DNA from: a virus
Virus record (IMG/VR): IMGVR_UViG_3300045988_166693
Coordinates: 32,001-96,000 of that record
Length of the DNA stretch: 64,000 nt
Direction: 5' to 3' (one strand)
The position numbers were made by a program, and so were the translations under genes. The notes below the pieces were generated by a model. The model saw only the letters and a list, made by a program, of their open reading frames with translations, was not told the DNA's origin and searched no databases. This document shows, piece by piece, positions 10,101 through 18,271 of this stretch (position 1 is the first letter of the stretch; the number at the start of each line of letters is the position of its first letter).

Positions 10101-12889
10101 TTTTCCATCATTTTGTCGCGCATCTTCAGCGCAAGCGTTTCGCGAAGGCGGGCATTGATCAGGCTGTAGATGTATTCCTGCTTCTCGGCATAGTTGTTTT
10201 CAGTGACCATAAATCCCAGGTAGGCCCCGTACTTGTCATTCAGCTGCTTAATCAATGCCGCACGCTCGCCGTTTGATACATTTGCCTTGTCAATGGCATA
10301 TTTCAAGTTGTTCAGTTCAAATGTCTCCTTCTGTATGGATGATTCAAATTCCGACTGTGCCTTTGCTGCCTGATCTACTGTTTTCTTAAACATAGTAACA
10401 GCCGAAGTCAGCGCAGTAAAGCCCAAAACAGCCCATCCGATCGGATTCTTGCTCATGGCAAATGTAAGGGCCTGCCATGCCGTCTTGAATACATTCAGTG
10501 ATACGGTGCCGGCCTTCATCATCTTACCGAAAAGCAGGATGTTTGCACTGGCCTTCTGCACCGCCGAAGAAGTGGCTATCATTACTCCCACCAGCACCTG
10601 AAGCGCAACTGCCATCAGACGTATGGAAGTTTCCCCGCGTTCAAACCGGTTCGGAATGCTCGCTATATAGCGAAGTACATCCGTGAGCCATTCCACAAAA
10701 CCGCTATTGATAAACGATTCCTTGATGGCGTTACCCATACGCAGCATGATGGCCATGGCGTTTTCGTTCTTGATGTTGTATTCATCTGTCACGCTGGTCG
10801 CTTCCTTAAACGCACGAGAAGAAGTAAATACCTGTGCCTTGAGCTCGTCCACTCCGGAAGAAAGGGTAACGAGCACCTGCTTGATACGCTCGCCATCGCT
10901 ACCGAGGTCTTTCATAATCGGAGCCAGCACATCCAGTCCGCCCATGGCATTCATCTTCTCAAACACGGCGATAATCGCTTCCATGGTTCTGCCCTGCTCG
11001 ATCAGGTTTTTCAAATATTCATCACTCAGCCCAACAGCCTGCGCCACTTCGGTGGTGTTGCTGGTCAGTGTAGAAATAAAGGTATTCAATGCCGTACCAC
11101 CCATTTCGGCGTGCTGACCGAGGGCATCGAGGGTACCGGCCAGCGCAATCAGGTCGGACATGGAAAGTCCTGCCGCTTCTCCGATAGCTCCGATACGGTT
11201 TACTACATCGACAATCGGGCCGGCGGAAGCACGGCTGGTCTGGGATATTTCGTTGATAGCAGAACCGGTAGCGAGCAAGGCTTTTTCCACACCGAGTTTC
11301 TGTGTCTCTCCCAGAATGGCATTTACCTTCATCAGCTGACGTACCGCTTCGGCACCGCCCAGATCCTCACCCAGCGCCACGAGCAACTGGTTACCTGCCT
11401 TCACGAATCCCAATACATCTTCTTTAGCAGAGATACCCAGCTTACCGGCTTCGTATGCCAGGTCGTGAAGTTCCTGCTGTGCGGTACGGGTGTCGATACT
11501 GTCAATTTCACGGCTTAACTCGGCTACTGACTCAGTGGAAAGCCCGGTGGTCTTCTCGATGTCGGCCAGACTGTCGCTCAGCTGCAAGTTAGCCTGATAC
11601 AACTGCTTGATACGTCCTACCACCTCATTGAATCCGGCATATACCAGCACATAACTTGTCAAACGCTTGATGGTAGCTACAATCTGGTTATCGTGTTCCT
11701 GCCAGCTTCGCTTCACTTCATTAATCTGCTCGTTTACCCGACGCAGATTCATTGAAGTTTCCATGTATTCGCGCGTGTCACGCTCAGCTTCCGAAAGTTC
11801 TTGCTGAAGCTGTGACGCGGCCTTTTGCAAATCTTCCAGTGGAGCGGCTTTCAGGTTAAGAATTATATCATCTAGCTCTTTCGCACTCAGTAAAGCTCCC
11901 TTCTGCTTCTTATCAATGACCTCAAGCGCAACCTGGATTTTTTTCAAGCCTTTTGTATCGCTCACTTCAAGCGACTTCTTATACTCTTCAAGCGATTTTT
12001 TCAGCTTTTCAAGGTCTTCGTATGTACCGTCAAACGTACCCATACCAACTTCTTCCGCCTTGAGTAGTGCTTCGTCCATCGTAGAAAATTGGACAGATGA
12101 TTGTTTCAGCTTCTCATTGAGAGAATTAATGGCTGACTCCACATCCTTGATACCCTTCGTGTCGCTGGTCTTGAGTTGCTGCTTGTACTGTTCAAGCAAC
12201 TTGATAGCTTCCTTTGTCTGGGATATTGTCCCGTCGAATGTACCTGTCTGGACTTTCCCAAGTGTGGTTTGCGCACGCTGGGAGACACGGCGGGTTTCTT
12301 CCGCTTCCACCTGAGCAAGCTGGTCACGGTATTTTTGAATTTCCTGTGTGTTAAGTTCTGTGGATTTAATAAGGTCTTGCAACCGTTCCTTTGCCTTTCC
12401 CAGAGATTTGTCGCTCACATTGCCAATATCTCCGATGATGTCAGAAAATTCTACGATGTTCCCTTTACGACGCTGGATTTCATCGGCAATCTGCTTGATA
12501 TACTCACGAACTGTTTGTAGCGTTTCAGCATTTTTAGGATTTATACCAAGAAGCATCTGGTTTAATCCCTTACGAGCCTCTCCTAGATTTCTCAAGGTCT
12601 GACCTGATATGTCATTTAGGTACTTGTTGACCGTGTTGACATTTCTCTGATTTTCCCTGATTAGTTTAGTCAGTCTCTCAAGCTGTTTTACTTTTTCATT
12701 ATAAATTTTCTTGTTGTCATCGTATAGCGTGGTATTAGTAGTCGCATTCATCTGTTCTTGCGCATTTTCCACTTCTTTACGCAACTTTTTCCATTCATCA
12801 CGCATCTTGTCAACCTGCTTCTGCGCCTGTTCCGCCCCTCCGATAAGCACGTCGATTCTAGCCAGTCTGGTACCTAAACTATTTGCCAT
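7145..12889 (-). CDS. tail tape measure protein (1914 aa)
   Basis: Very long, coiled-coil-rich ORF with a central hydrophobic block. The segment GLSTESVAELSREIDSIDTRTAQQELHDLAYEAGKLGISAKEDVLGFVKAGNQLLVALGEDLGGAE resembles the TP901-type tape-measure core. The track start 12955 is TTG and overlaps the promoter element, so ATG 12889 (MANSLGTRLA...) is preferred. Confidence 0.85.
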   Translation of the reverse strand: MANSLGTRLARIDVLIGGAEQAQKQVDKMRDEWKKLRKEVENAQEQMNATTNTTLYDDNKKIYNEKVKQLERLTKLIRENQRNVNTVNKYLNDISGQTLRNLGEARKGLNQMLLGINPKNAETLQTVREYIKQIADEIQRRKGNIVEFSDIIGDIGNVSDKSLGKAKERLQDLIKSTELNTQEIQKYRDQLAQVEAEETRRVSQRAQTTLGKVQTGTFDGTISQTKEAIKLLEQYKQQLKTSDTKGIKDVESAINSLNEKLKQSSVQFSTMDEALLKAEEVGMGTFDGTYEDLEKLKKSLEEYKKSLEVSDTKGLKKIQVALEVIDKKQKGALLSAKELDDIILNLKAAPLEDLQKAASQLQQELSEAERDTREYMETSMNLRRVNEQINEVKRSWQEHDNQIVATIKRLTSYVLVYAGFNEVVGRIKQLYQANLQLSDSLADIEKTTGLSTESVAELSREIDSIDTRTAQQELHDLAYEAGKLGISAKEDVLGFVKAGNQLLVALGEDLGGAEAVRQLMKVNAILGETQKLGVEKALLATGSAINEISQTSRASAGPIVDVVNRIGAIGEAAGLSMSDLIALAGTLDALGQHAEMGGTALNTFISTLTSNTTEVAQAVGLSDEYLKNLIEQGRTMEAIIAVFEKMNAMGGLDVLAPIMKDLGSDGERIKQVLVTLSSGVDELKAQVFTSSRAFKEATSVTDEYNIKNENAMAIMLRMGNAIKESFINSGFVEWLTDVLRYIASIPNRFERGETSIRLMAVALQVLVGVMIATSSAVQKASANILLFGKMMKAGTVSLNVFKTAWQALTFAMSKNPIGWAVLGFTALTSAVTMFKKTVDQAAKAQSEFESSIQKETFELNNLKYAIDKANVSNGERAALIKQLNDKYGAYLGFMVTENNYAEKQEYIYSLINARLRETLALKMRDKMMENIADKYTDQIQELQSKIIASLNKMQNVGETNAGDAMARIMDGMNKVVEEGGNLYDALDDFMEKYNKNIKQLPFSSDALKLMNILKNIRKEAGQTQTFLESTQRAAESKTEELMLQDLRKSNQGILSSSDLSELNTYLQQATTYVQRLREDVDDLNAKREKGEKLTKAETDELAEKNRQLGVYQNNISQVEKRIKAIGLESVWGQGVSLETAGVDKLVATYKKLEAMMKSINEDKDYADTFAARGFKSAKEEYEALKKMEQDVAKVLAEKWGRDTSGNWLKVRKSGTRGEQKELNDQVSAAMAALEAYFLRRQQAIRQAYLNEEITTEEMNRQIDAMEEEHLLARVELRKKLLGESNTFNQKLYGMEGKNLESTAALLKKMGEKETDGVRKNLEKDLLEVQNMAVKYRQTIEKELLKYNPFESLVNQFEESLDKLRLLNTDAEKEFRMSLGFSGVIDESAVKERMDALVSLSEDAYNMNEIQLRGRLLGIDKIWAESMSPEQMSLMLKKLRDFYQDSKAAAEKYAKDIKEMIDVQWETSGNQKLWEDRIKGSDDQSELMGAAGNLGLASTQSSFLGTSDTDNAELEALRIRLEAARQYYEEFYARKEELIQQAIASGATEQQAEESYRMAEKEALDALTQAREEQQSKKLEITESKLSTLKNYTDAVVDFSEQMGEAAFSEVSDRKEAAKQLLQTMMKLTKDLIMQKVQELVMKKALNAQEVAQESATSATITAVHGSQAITDLTVQGAKTTADVSTGTASGAAKIIGELGWWGIPLIAVISAALSALMGLAMGKLNKAKQDVAAATGVSSSKGRVAAGMLTYAEGDYPVLGNDGQIYNARYQKELKTGVYGGGAHFGIFSEKKPEMIVDGDTTQKLILNYPHIYDSILTIARHGQLKSAAMPTFASGSYPSMPAQASQAAQQAGGSGMSAAEMSQVLTGVTDAVNALTQRLNQPISATVDPYGRKGAVNQLSKASKFMNKNGLTK

Positions 12890-12909
12890 GTCTTTGTGTT
12901 TGTTTTCCT

Positions 12910-12944
12910 CAAAGTTAGGCAGCCGGAAGGTGGAAATGAAGGAC
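12910..12944 (-). promoter_or_regulatory. late-operon element GTCCTTCA-N19-TAACTTTG (copy A)
   Basis: On the minus strand: TTTTTTTGTCCTTCA, then 19 nt, then TAACTTTG, ending 20 nt before the tape-measure ATG. One of seven copies with identical spacing. Confidence 0.6.
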
Positions 12945-12951
12945 AAAAAAA

Positions 12952-12995
12952 GCAACCTCTCAAGTGGTTTGCCGCAAACCTCTCGAGAGGTTTGC
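12952..12995 (-). terminator. two stem-loops; the proximal one is followed by T7 on the minus strand
   Basis: gcaaaccacttgagaggttgc followed by ttttttt (minus strand), plus the perfect 22-nt palindrome gcaaacctctcgagaggtttgc at 12974..12995. Confidence 0.55.
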
Positions 12996-13186
12996 AGGGA
13001 ATCGCGTGAGAGGTTTGCTGCATATCGCTTGACAGCCCCTACAAGGTGATCTGAAAGGGCCGGAATGTATGTTTCATTTTTATTATGTCACGTTTAATTT
13101 TAGTCAACAATATGGCTTTTTGTTACTAAAATAAGCACTATTTTGAATTAGTTTATAAATAATTTTCGGGTTGAAATGCGAAACCA

Positions 13187-13194
13187 TACTTTTG
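13187..13194 (+). promoter_or_regulatory. -7 box TACTTTTG for the lipoprotein moron
   Basis: Matches the Bacteroides TAnnTTTG consensus and ends 21 nt upstream of ATG 13216. No clear -33 TTTG. Confidence 0.4.
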
Positions 13195-13215
13195 CATGAA
13201 ACCAAAACATTATTT

Positions 13216-14106
13216 ATGAAAAAATCATTTACATTACTTTTGTTATTGAGTCTCTTCACATGGGGATGTTCCAACTCAGACGATCCCACAGAAAAACCGG
13301 AACAGGAAGAAACAGGAGACGGAGAAAAAGAGGAAAATTCTGTTGATATCAGTAAAGATTTATGCGATGGGAAAAGATTTATAGACCGGACATATAAAGA
13401 TTTCAGTTCTCCGGAACTCGGAGTCTATAAAGCTGTAATGACACAACGAGAATATCTTTTTGGAGAAGAAGGGAACGGAACATTAACAACCTATGTTGCA
13501 GACAATAAATATATAGGTTATTCGCAAGATGTTACCGATTTTACCTGGAGTGCAACAGATAAAAATCCAGTCTCTTTGAAAATTTTTCTTTCAGACGGAG
13601 AGAAAATTATACTAAACGATGTTGAAATTAAAGACAATGAGCTATATTCCTCTGAACACATTTGGGATAAAGAATTATGTGTAAAATCCGCATGGTCTTC
13701 GAGTGATATTTCATCATACTCAATTGATATGTCTACAACAGACACAACTTATCCAGAACCACCATACATGATTTGTCTTAAAGTGTCACCATCTCGCCTT
13801 ACCGTTAAGACAGAAGGCGGTGAAGTTACGTTTATTTCATTACAATCCGGATACAACCCGACACTGATTGGGATGCAGTGTTTCAGCAAGGATAATGGAC
13901 CACTACAATATTATGGAAGTTATATTTATGCCTGTGTAGATACGAAAAATCCATATTACCCATATAGTTTCTTTGATATAATTGCGGAAAAAGAACAGAA
14001 GCCATTTGAAGAAGATGGGAAAATGTATTTTTATCTAGGGAAATTTAATAAAGATACACATGAGTTCAGTTTGATAGAAAGTAATAAAGACTATAATGTA
14101 AATTGA
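13216..14106 (+). CDS. lipoprotein of unknown function (moron)
   Basis: MKKSFTLLLLLSLFTWGCSNSDD is a signal peptide plus lipobox Cys. The gene is AT-rich and on the opposite strand, inserted inside the tail module. The track start 13171 is TTG. Confidence 0.65.
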   Translation: MKKSFTLLLLLSLFTWGCSNSDDPTEKPEQEETGDGEKEENSVDISKDLCDGKRFIDRTYKDFSSPELGVYKAVMTQREYLFGEEGNGTLTTYVADNKYIGYSQDVTDFTWSATDKNPVSLKIFLSDGEKIILNDVEIKDNELYSSEHIWDKELCVKSAWSSSDISSYSIDMSTTDTTYPEPPYMICLKVSPSRLTVKTEGGEVTFISLQSGYNPTLIGMQCFSKDNGPLQYYGSYIYACVDTKNPYYPYSFFDIIAEKEQKPFEEDGKMYFYLGKFNKDTHEFSLIESNKDYNVN

Positions 14107-14111
14107 TGCAC

Positions 14112-14603
14112 ATGAAAAAATTATTTGTTATATCCGTACTTATAAGCTTATTCTCCTGTCTGAATGCACAGGTAGCTTTTTCTAAATTCACATTTAAAAA
14201 AGACTCTCCGTTCGGATGCTGCCCGGGAAGAAAAATGACAGATACCAAATTTAAGGTAACCGGCGAAAAGGATATCAAGTATATACGGGTTCATTATTAT
14301 GGAGTCAACCAGGTTGGAGATGCAGTATCCAGCGACATCGTTGGCGGTGTAAATGCAAATGTAAAGCACACCAAATATTATATACTGGATCTAACAGGAC
14401 CTTTTGTAAGCGGTAAAAGTTATTCCCGGTGGGCCAGCGGAACATTTATATATCCCATGAAAGTAACAGCCTTCCCTTATCTTATCAAGATCATATACAT
14501 GGATGGAGAAGAACAGGAAATACAAATAACAGAAGAAAATCTGAAAACTTATTTCCCGGGGATCAAAAAATGGATTAATGTAAATTTGAAAGACGGATTC
14601 TAA
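14112..14603 (+). CDS. secreted protein of unknown function (moron)
   Basis: MKKLFVISVLISLFSCLNAQ is an N-terminal signal peptide. The gene is coupled to the previous one. The track start 14103 is TTG; ATGs are at 14106 and 14112. Confidence 0.6.
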   Translation: MKKLFVISVLISLFSCLNAQVAFSKFTFKKDSPFGCCPGRKMTDTKFKVTGEKDIKYIRVHYYGVNQVGDAVSSDIVGGVNANVKHTKYYILDLTGPFVSGKSYSRWASGTFIYPMKVTAFPYLIKIIYMDGEEQEIQITEENLKTYFPGIKKWINVNLKDGF

Positions 14604-14629
14604 TCTACTTACTACTCTATATATAAACA

Positions 14630-14670
14630 ATGCAGCCGTGGAAGAAACGACAAAACCACGACTGCATTTT
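14630..14670 (+). terminator. stem-loop plus T-run after the moron pair
   Basis: atgcagccgtgg ... ccacgactgcat (12-bp stem, one mismatch) followed by tttt. Confidence 0.5.
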
Positions 14671-14694
14671 CATTATGTGGAAAGACAAGCTACA

Positions 14695-14871
14695 TTATCT
14701 TTTTCTCATTAAGATATCGCCCACCACATTTGCCAGCACATTCGATCCGAATCCTCTGATGCCGTCCAGTTCGGAAACCATCCGGATCAGCAGATCCAGC
14801 TTCTCTTCTATGCGGCTGTTACATGACGGAAGTCTCTCCGTACATGCGTTTCTTGAAGTAATGGCGTACAT
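14695..14871 (-). CDS. 58-codon ORF in the +1 frame overlapping the 3' end of 14819..15367
   Basis: My translation: MYAITSRNACTERLPSCNSRIEEKLDLLIRMVSELDGIRGFGSNVLANVVGDILMRKR. It is below the 60-aa cutoff of the track. The distal part has a coding-like composition. Confidence 0.3.
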   Translation of the reverse strand: MYAITSRNACTERLPSCNSRIEEKLDLLIRMVSELDGIRGFGSNVLANVVGDILMRKR

Positions 14872-15367
14872 GAAAGTTCATGTCCTTATCCTTCAGGTAG
14901 GCCACTGCCTTTCGGTAGCAGGACAACGCCATGCGTTCGTTGGGCACCTCGGCAGGAGTCTTGTAACCCATGTCTTCGGCGATGCTGTATGCCATATCGC
15001 TGTAGATCATGTTCGCCGTTACGCACAGGGCGTATGAATTGTAATAGGGCTTTTCCTCGGGGATTCCTCCCAGCTGCTTGACAGCTGAAACAAATGTGTC
15101 GTGTCCCCAGTGAAATCCTTTTACTCCGTCTTCGTTGATCATCGTTTTACCGATGTTAACGGCTTCTGTTTCAGACAAAAAATTATTCCAGCACATAGCT
15201 TCGAGGTGGCTCAGCCAGCTCATTGCCATTTCCGGGTGCATTTTGGCCATTTCCTTGAAATAATAGGTAGCAGCTTCGCCGAATATTTTCATATTCTTGA
15301 CGTCCTTGCTCTCCTTCATTTTATCGTATAGCTCCTCGTAACGGGCTATCAGTTGTTCTCTGTCCAT
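14819..15367 (-). CDS. hypothetical protein (182 aa), tail-assembly-chaperone position
   Basis: ATG ORF located between a small tail-tube-position gene and the tape measure (ignoring the inserted morons). Function is inferred from position only. Confidence 0.5.
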   Translation of the reverse strand: MDREQLIARYEELYDKMKESKDVKNMKIFGEAATYYFKEMAKMHPEMAMSWLSHLEAMCWNNFLSETEAVNIGKTMINEDGVKGFHWGHDTFVSAVKQLGGIPEEKPYYNSYALCVTANMIYSDMAYSIAEDMGYKTPAEVPNERMALSCYRKAVAYLKDKDMNFHVRHYFKKRMYGETSVM

Positions 15368-15403
15368 ATTTCAATGTTTTTATTGGTTATTGTTCCTTCA
15401 AAA

Positions 15404-15427
15404 CTCCCCGCCCTCGCGGGCAGGGAG
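15404..15427 (-). terminator. GC-rich stem-loop plus TTTT
   Basis: Minus strand: ctccctgcccgcgagggcggggag followed by tttt, downstream of 15517..15933. Confidence 0.6.
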
Positions 15428-15516
15428 CAACTCAAACTTTCCTTTTCCTACGCTTTTTTACGGGTTCGGCGGCAGGCTCAAGGCTCAAAGCGCTGAATGA
15501 GGCTGCCTGAACTTCG

Positions 15517-15933
15517 TCAGGCGGGAAAGGTAGCAGTAATCGTAACCGGGACTGCAATCAGTGCGCCGCAGGCAGAGCAACCGCATCCGTTTTCGTTGTA
15601 GGGGAATACTTGCGGAACAAGTGGAGTGACTACCACGCTGGTCGGTGCTGTGTTGGCTGCTCCGATGAAAGTTACCGGAAACTGTTCGGTCCACTGGATA
15701 GTCTTTGCCGCACATCCGTTTTTCGGAGTGTAGGTCAGAGTTACAGCTGCGTTGATAAGCGCAATGTTCTGCGTGTTGTTGTTTGTCACGCTGGCTACAC
15801 TGAATACGACGGTAGCAGTGGGCTGAACGCCGTTGTTCACGCAATAAGCCTGACGCAGTTTCTTAGTGATGTTTACCGTCAGTGGCAGGACGGTAGCTGT
15901 CGGAACTCCCGACAAAGTAATTGACTGAATCAT
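15517..15933 (-). CDS. virion structural protein (138 aa), possible tail tube
   Basis: ATG ORF with a CA-rich leader. It is followed by an attenuating terminator and sits in the position of a major tail protein. The overlapping ORF 15485..15844 is rejected. Confidence 0.45.
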   Translation of the reverse strand: MIQSITLSGVPTATVLPLTVNITKKLRQAYCVNNGVQPTATVVFSVASVTNNNTQNIALINAAVTLTYTPKNGCAAKTIQWTEQFPVTFIGAANTAPTSVVVTPLVPQVFPYNENGCGCSACGALIAVPVTITATFPA

Positions 15934-15994
15934 AGTTGTGTTGTGTTTGTGTTATATATCTTTTACAGGACACCAGGCCGCCTGTATTCGGCAC

Positions 15995-16492
15995 TTATTT
16001 CTCTTCTTTTTCTCGTGTTTCATTCTTTGGTGCAGGCTGCGGTTGTGGGTGCGACGGCTGTGCGGGCTGCTGCGGAACCTTCACCACATATTCCTCGGGT
16101 TTCTGATACGGAAGGTTGCAGTCCAGATATTTCTTCAGTTCCACCAGGTCATTGCGGTCGAAGGTGAAAAATCCGTCGATTATGGATAGCTTTCCCTGCT
16201 GGATGGCAGAGTCAACATATCCGTGAGCCAGTTCCGGGATCATGTCGTCCGGAATGCGGGACACAAATTTTTCGAGGAACGGGCGGATCAGCTTTGTGCC
16301 GCCTACGGCTGCCAGCGAATTGATTTCATTGGAAATCTGCCATCCGGGGCCTGCGAGTCCGATTGACTTGAATAACTTTTCTACCGGAAGCATGCCGGCG
16401 GAGATACCGTTGAGCGTATTGCCCATCATAACCGGAATGACCGGCTCACCCCATTTCAGGATGACAGCGGTCAGAATCTGTGCGTTTGTCAT
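15995..16492 (-). CDS. hypothetical protein (165 aa)
   Basis: ATG ORF with a CA-rich leader and a Pro/Gln-rich C-terminal tail. Confidence 0.5.
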   Translation of the reverse strand: MTNAQILTAVILKWGEPVIPVMMGNTLNGISAGMLPVEKLFKSIGLAGPGWQISNEINSLAAVGGTKLIRPFLEKFVSRIPDDMIPELAHGYVDSAIQQGKLSIIDGFFTFDRNDLVELKKYLDCNLPYQKPEEYVVKVPQQPAQPSHPQPQPAPKNETREKEEK

Positions 16493-16582
16493 TGTGCTGC
16501 GTGTTTGAGTTGTTTGTGTAGAGTATGAAAATCATAAGGGAAAGGGGAAGGCCGATGCCCTCCCCCGGATTTCAGCAGTTGA

Positions 16583-17074
16583 TTACTGGGCAGACGGACA
16601 TCCGCAGCATCCATCCTGACATACGTTGCTTGACGGAATGTATGTCTTGGTGATAGCCTGCAATGCGGCGATGCTGTTCTGCATGCACTGCAGAGTAGCG
16701 GTGTTGGTACCGTTGTAAACGGCCTGTTGCATGTTGACAGCGGTCTGAGCGTCCTTGTTGGAGCGAACTTCCCCTGCAAGTTCCTTGATCTGACCCTGCA
16801 AGTCCTTGTAGGCTTCCACAATCTTCTGATCAGTGTACTTGTCAGCCTTCAGTAAAGCGTTTTCTGCTTTCAGAGAATCGTTTTCGCGAGCCATGCCAAG
16901 CTCATAACGGCTCACCGGCATGTTGTCTGAACATACGCCTTCTGCGTTCCATCCCCAGCCATTGCGACCCAGGATGTTACCACCGTTGATACCCAAAAAT
17001 GATGCAATACCTGCTGCTGCCATCCATTCAGTCAAGTTCGTTACTCTTGACCCGTCTGCGGAAGACTGCTGCAT
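16583..17074 (-). CDS. hypothetical protein (163 aa)
   Basis: ATG ORF with a central coiled coil and a Cys-rich C-terminus (CQDGCCGCPSAQ). Confidence 0.5.
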   Translation of the reverse strand: MQQSSADGSRVTNLTEWMAAAGIASFLGINGGNILGRNGWGWNAEGVCSDNMPVSRYELGMARENDSLKAENALLKADKYTDQKIVEAYKDLQGQIKELAGEVRSNKDAQTAVNMQQAVYNGTNTATLQCMQNSIAALQAITKTYIPSSNVCQDGCCGCPSAQ

Positions 17075-17145
17075 ATTACTATGCAGATTTGACTATATCT
17101 TCATCCCTTTCGGGAGCCTCCCATTTCCACTCACTTGAGTGTACT

Positions 17146-17988
17146 CTACTTGCTTTCGCTTTCGATAGTCGATGAACCTTCAGTTTGATGCTGATTATAC
17201 CATTCCCATCTGTAACCTCGTGCCGACTTTATCTTTACACCATTTGAATTTACATATCCCTTACAGCATTTGGATATGTCGACAGAAGCCTTGATATTTC
17301 CGCAGACGCTTAATGCAGCTTCGTTAAGAGACTGATATACTGCTATTATACGGCCTGTGTTTTTATCTATCTGGGCAACAGGTTTTCCGAATTTTTCACG
17401 AAATATGTTTTTCACTTCTTCTGTGTGGTGACGGCCGTAGAAAGGATTCTTTTCTCCGGTGCGCTGTCTGGATAGAACCGCCAGCCTTTCTATAAGTTCG
17501 CGGGAAGGTTTCCATCCGTAATTAGGATTTTCCTCTCCGAACTTCTTTCTGGTGTTCATTTTCATTTTCTTTATGCTTTCAGGAGTATGTCCTTTACCCA
17601 AAAGCGGATGACCTTTTTCCCTTATCCACTCTTTTGTGTTTCTGGAAATAATCATTCTTGACTCTTCCGGCATAAAGAATCCCACATTGCCTGCACCACC
17701 TTCATTCATGTTGTAACCATTCCGGAATGAATCAAAGTATGCGATAAAATACCTCTCCTTCTCATTGAGAACACGTTCCATTTCTTTTTCGTCCTGGAAT
17801 GTGCCTCTGAAAAGAACTTCATACGAAAAGTTTTCCGGTCCGTACTTCAATCTAGCCATATCCATACGATGACCTCCATAAGACTGTGACAATCTTCCGA
17901 ACTCCATTCTTCTTCTGTGCTCGTTGGATGTCTGTCCTATATAAACCTTTCCACCTGGAGACGTGTATTTGTAAACAATTCCTTCCAT
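17146..17988 (-). CDS. GIY-YIG homing endonuclease
   Basis: N-terminus IVYKYTSPGGKVYIGQT...R...ERYFIAYFDSFRNGYNMNEGG parallels the I-TevI catalytic domain. Repeated NUMOD3-like motifs (HTPESIKKM, NPNYGWKPS, NPFYGRHHTEE) and a C-terminal IENR1-like segment (IAVYQSLNEAALSV). AT-rich relative to flanks. Confidence 0.8.
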   Translation of the reverse strand: MEGIVYKYTSPGGKVYIGQTSNEHRRRMEFGRLSQSYGGHRMDMARLKYGPENFSYEVLFRGTFQDEKEMERVLNEKERYFIAYFDSFRNGYNMNEGGAGNVGFFMPEESRMIISRNTKEWIREKGHPLLGKGHTPESIKKMKMNTRKKFGEENPNYGWKPSRELIERLAVLSRQRTGEKNPFYGRHHTEEVKNIFREKFGKPVAQIDKNTGRIIAVYQSLNEAALSVCGNIKASVDISKCCKGYVNSNGVKIKSARGYRWEWYNQHQTEGSSTIESESK

Positions 17989-18120
17989 TCAAACCGATAT
18001 GTATCTCATGCAAATATCGGAATTATAATCAACATTTCAAAGAGCTTGGCTGCTGATTGTCCTTAGCATTACCTATTAGGAGTTCCCAGCAATTAAAGAG
18101 GTTTTAAGTGAGCACAATTT

Positions 18121-18204
18121 TTAAGGTTTACCCACCGTGTTAAAATTACCTTGTCCCTGGCCGGTTACATTGTAACTCTGACCATCCATACCTTTGATTG
18201 TCAT
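18121..18204 (-). CDS. 27-codon micro-ORF (MTIKGMDGQSYNVTGQGQGNFNTVGKP)
   Basis: Its ATG is preceded by the same CA-rich leader (cacgacaacacaaacacaaaacagt) seen before four larger genes of this operon. Otherwise unsupported. Confidence 0.3.
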   Translation of the reverse strand: MTIKGMDGQSYNVTGQGQGNFNTVGKP

Positions 18205-18271
18205 ACTGTTTTGTGTTTGTGTTGTCGTGACAGGAACTATTTCCTGACACGACAAAGGTACACAAGGCCAG

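Noticed and set aside
7424-12602. Many plus-strand ORFs (for example 8660..9754 at 364 aa, and 9758..10276) inside the tape-measure gene
   Set aside because: They are antisense shadows of a 5.7-kb coiled-coil gene. The codon-reversed Leu/Phe/Ser-rich translations have no motifs, and the minus frame is continuous.
12890-12955. N-terminal extension of the tape measure (track start 12955)
   Set aside because: That start is TTG, and the extension would translate the promoter element and terminator U-tract. ATG 12889 follows the -7 box at a normal distance.
15471-15507. 10-bp imperfect stem-loop (ggcaggctca/tgaggctgcc) just after the 138-aa gene
   Set aside because: It has one mismatch, an 18-nt loop and no U-tract on either strand. 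The clear terminator is the downstream GC stem at 15404..15427. It may be an RNA processing or stability element, but the evidence is too weak to call.
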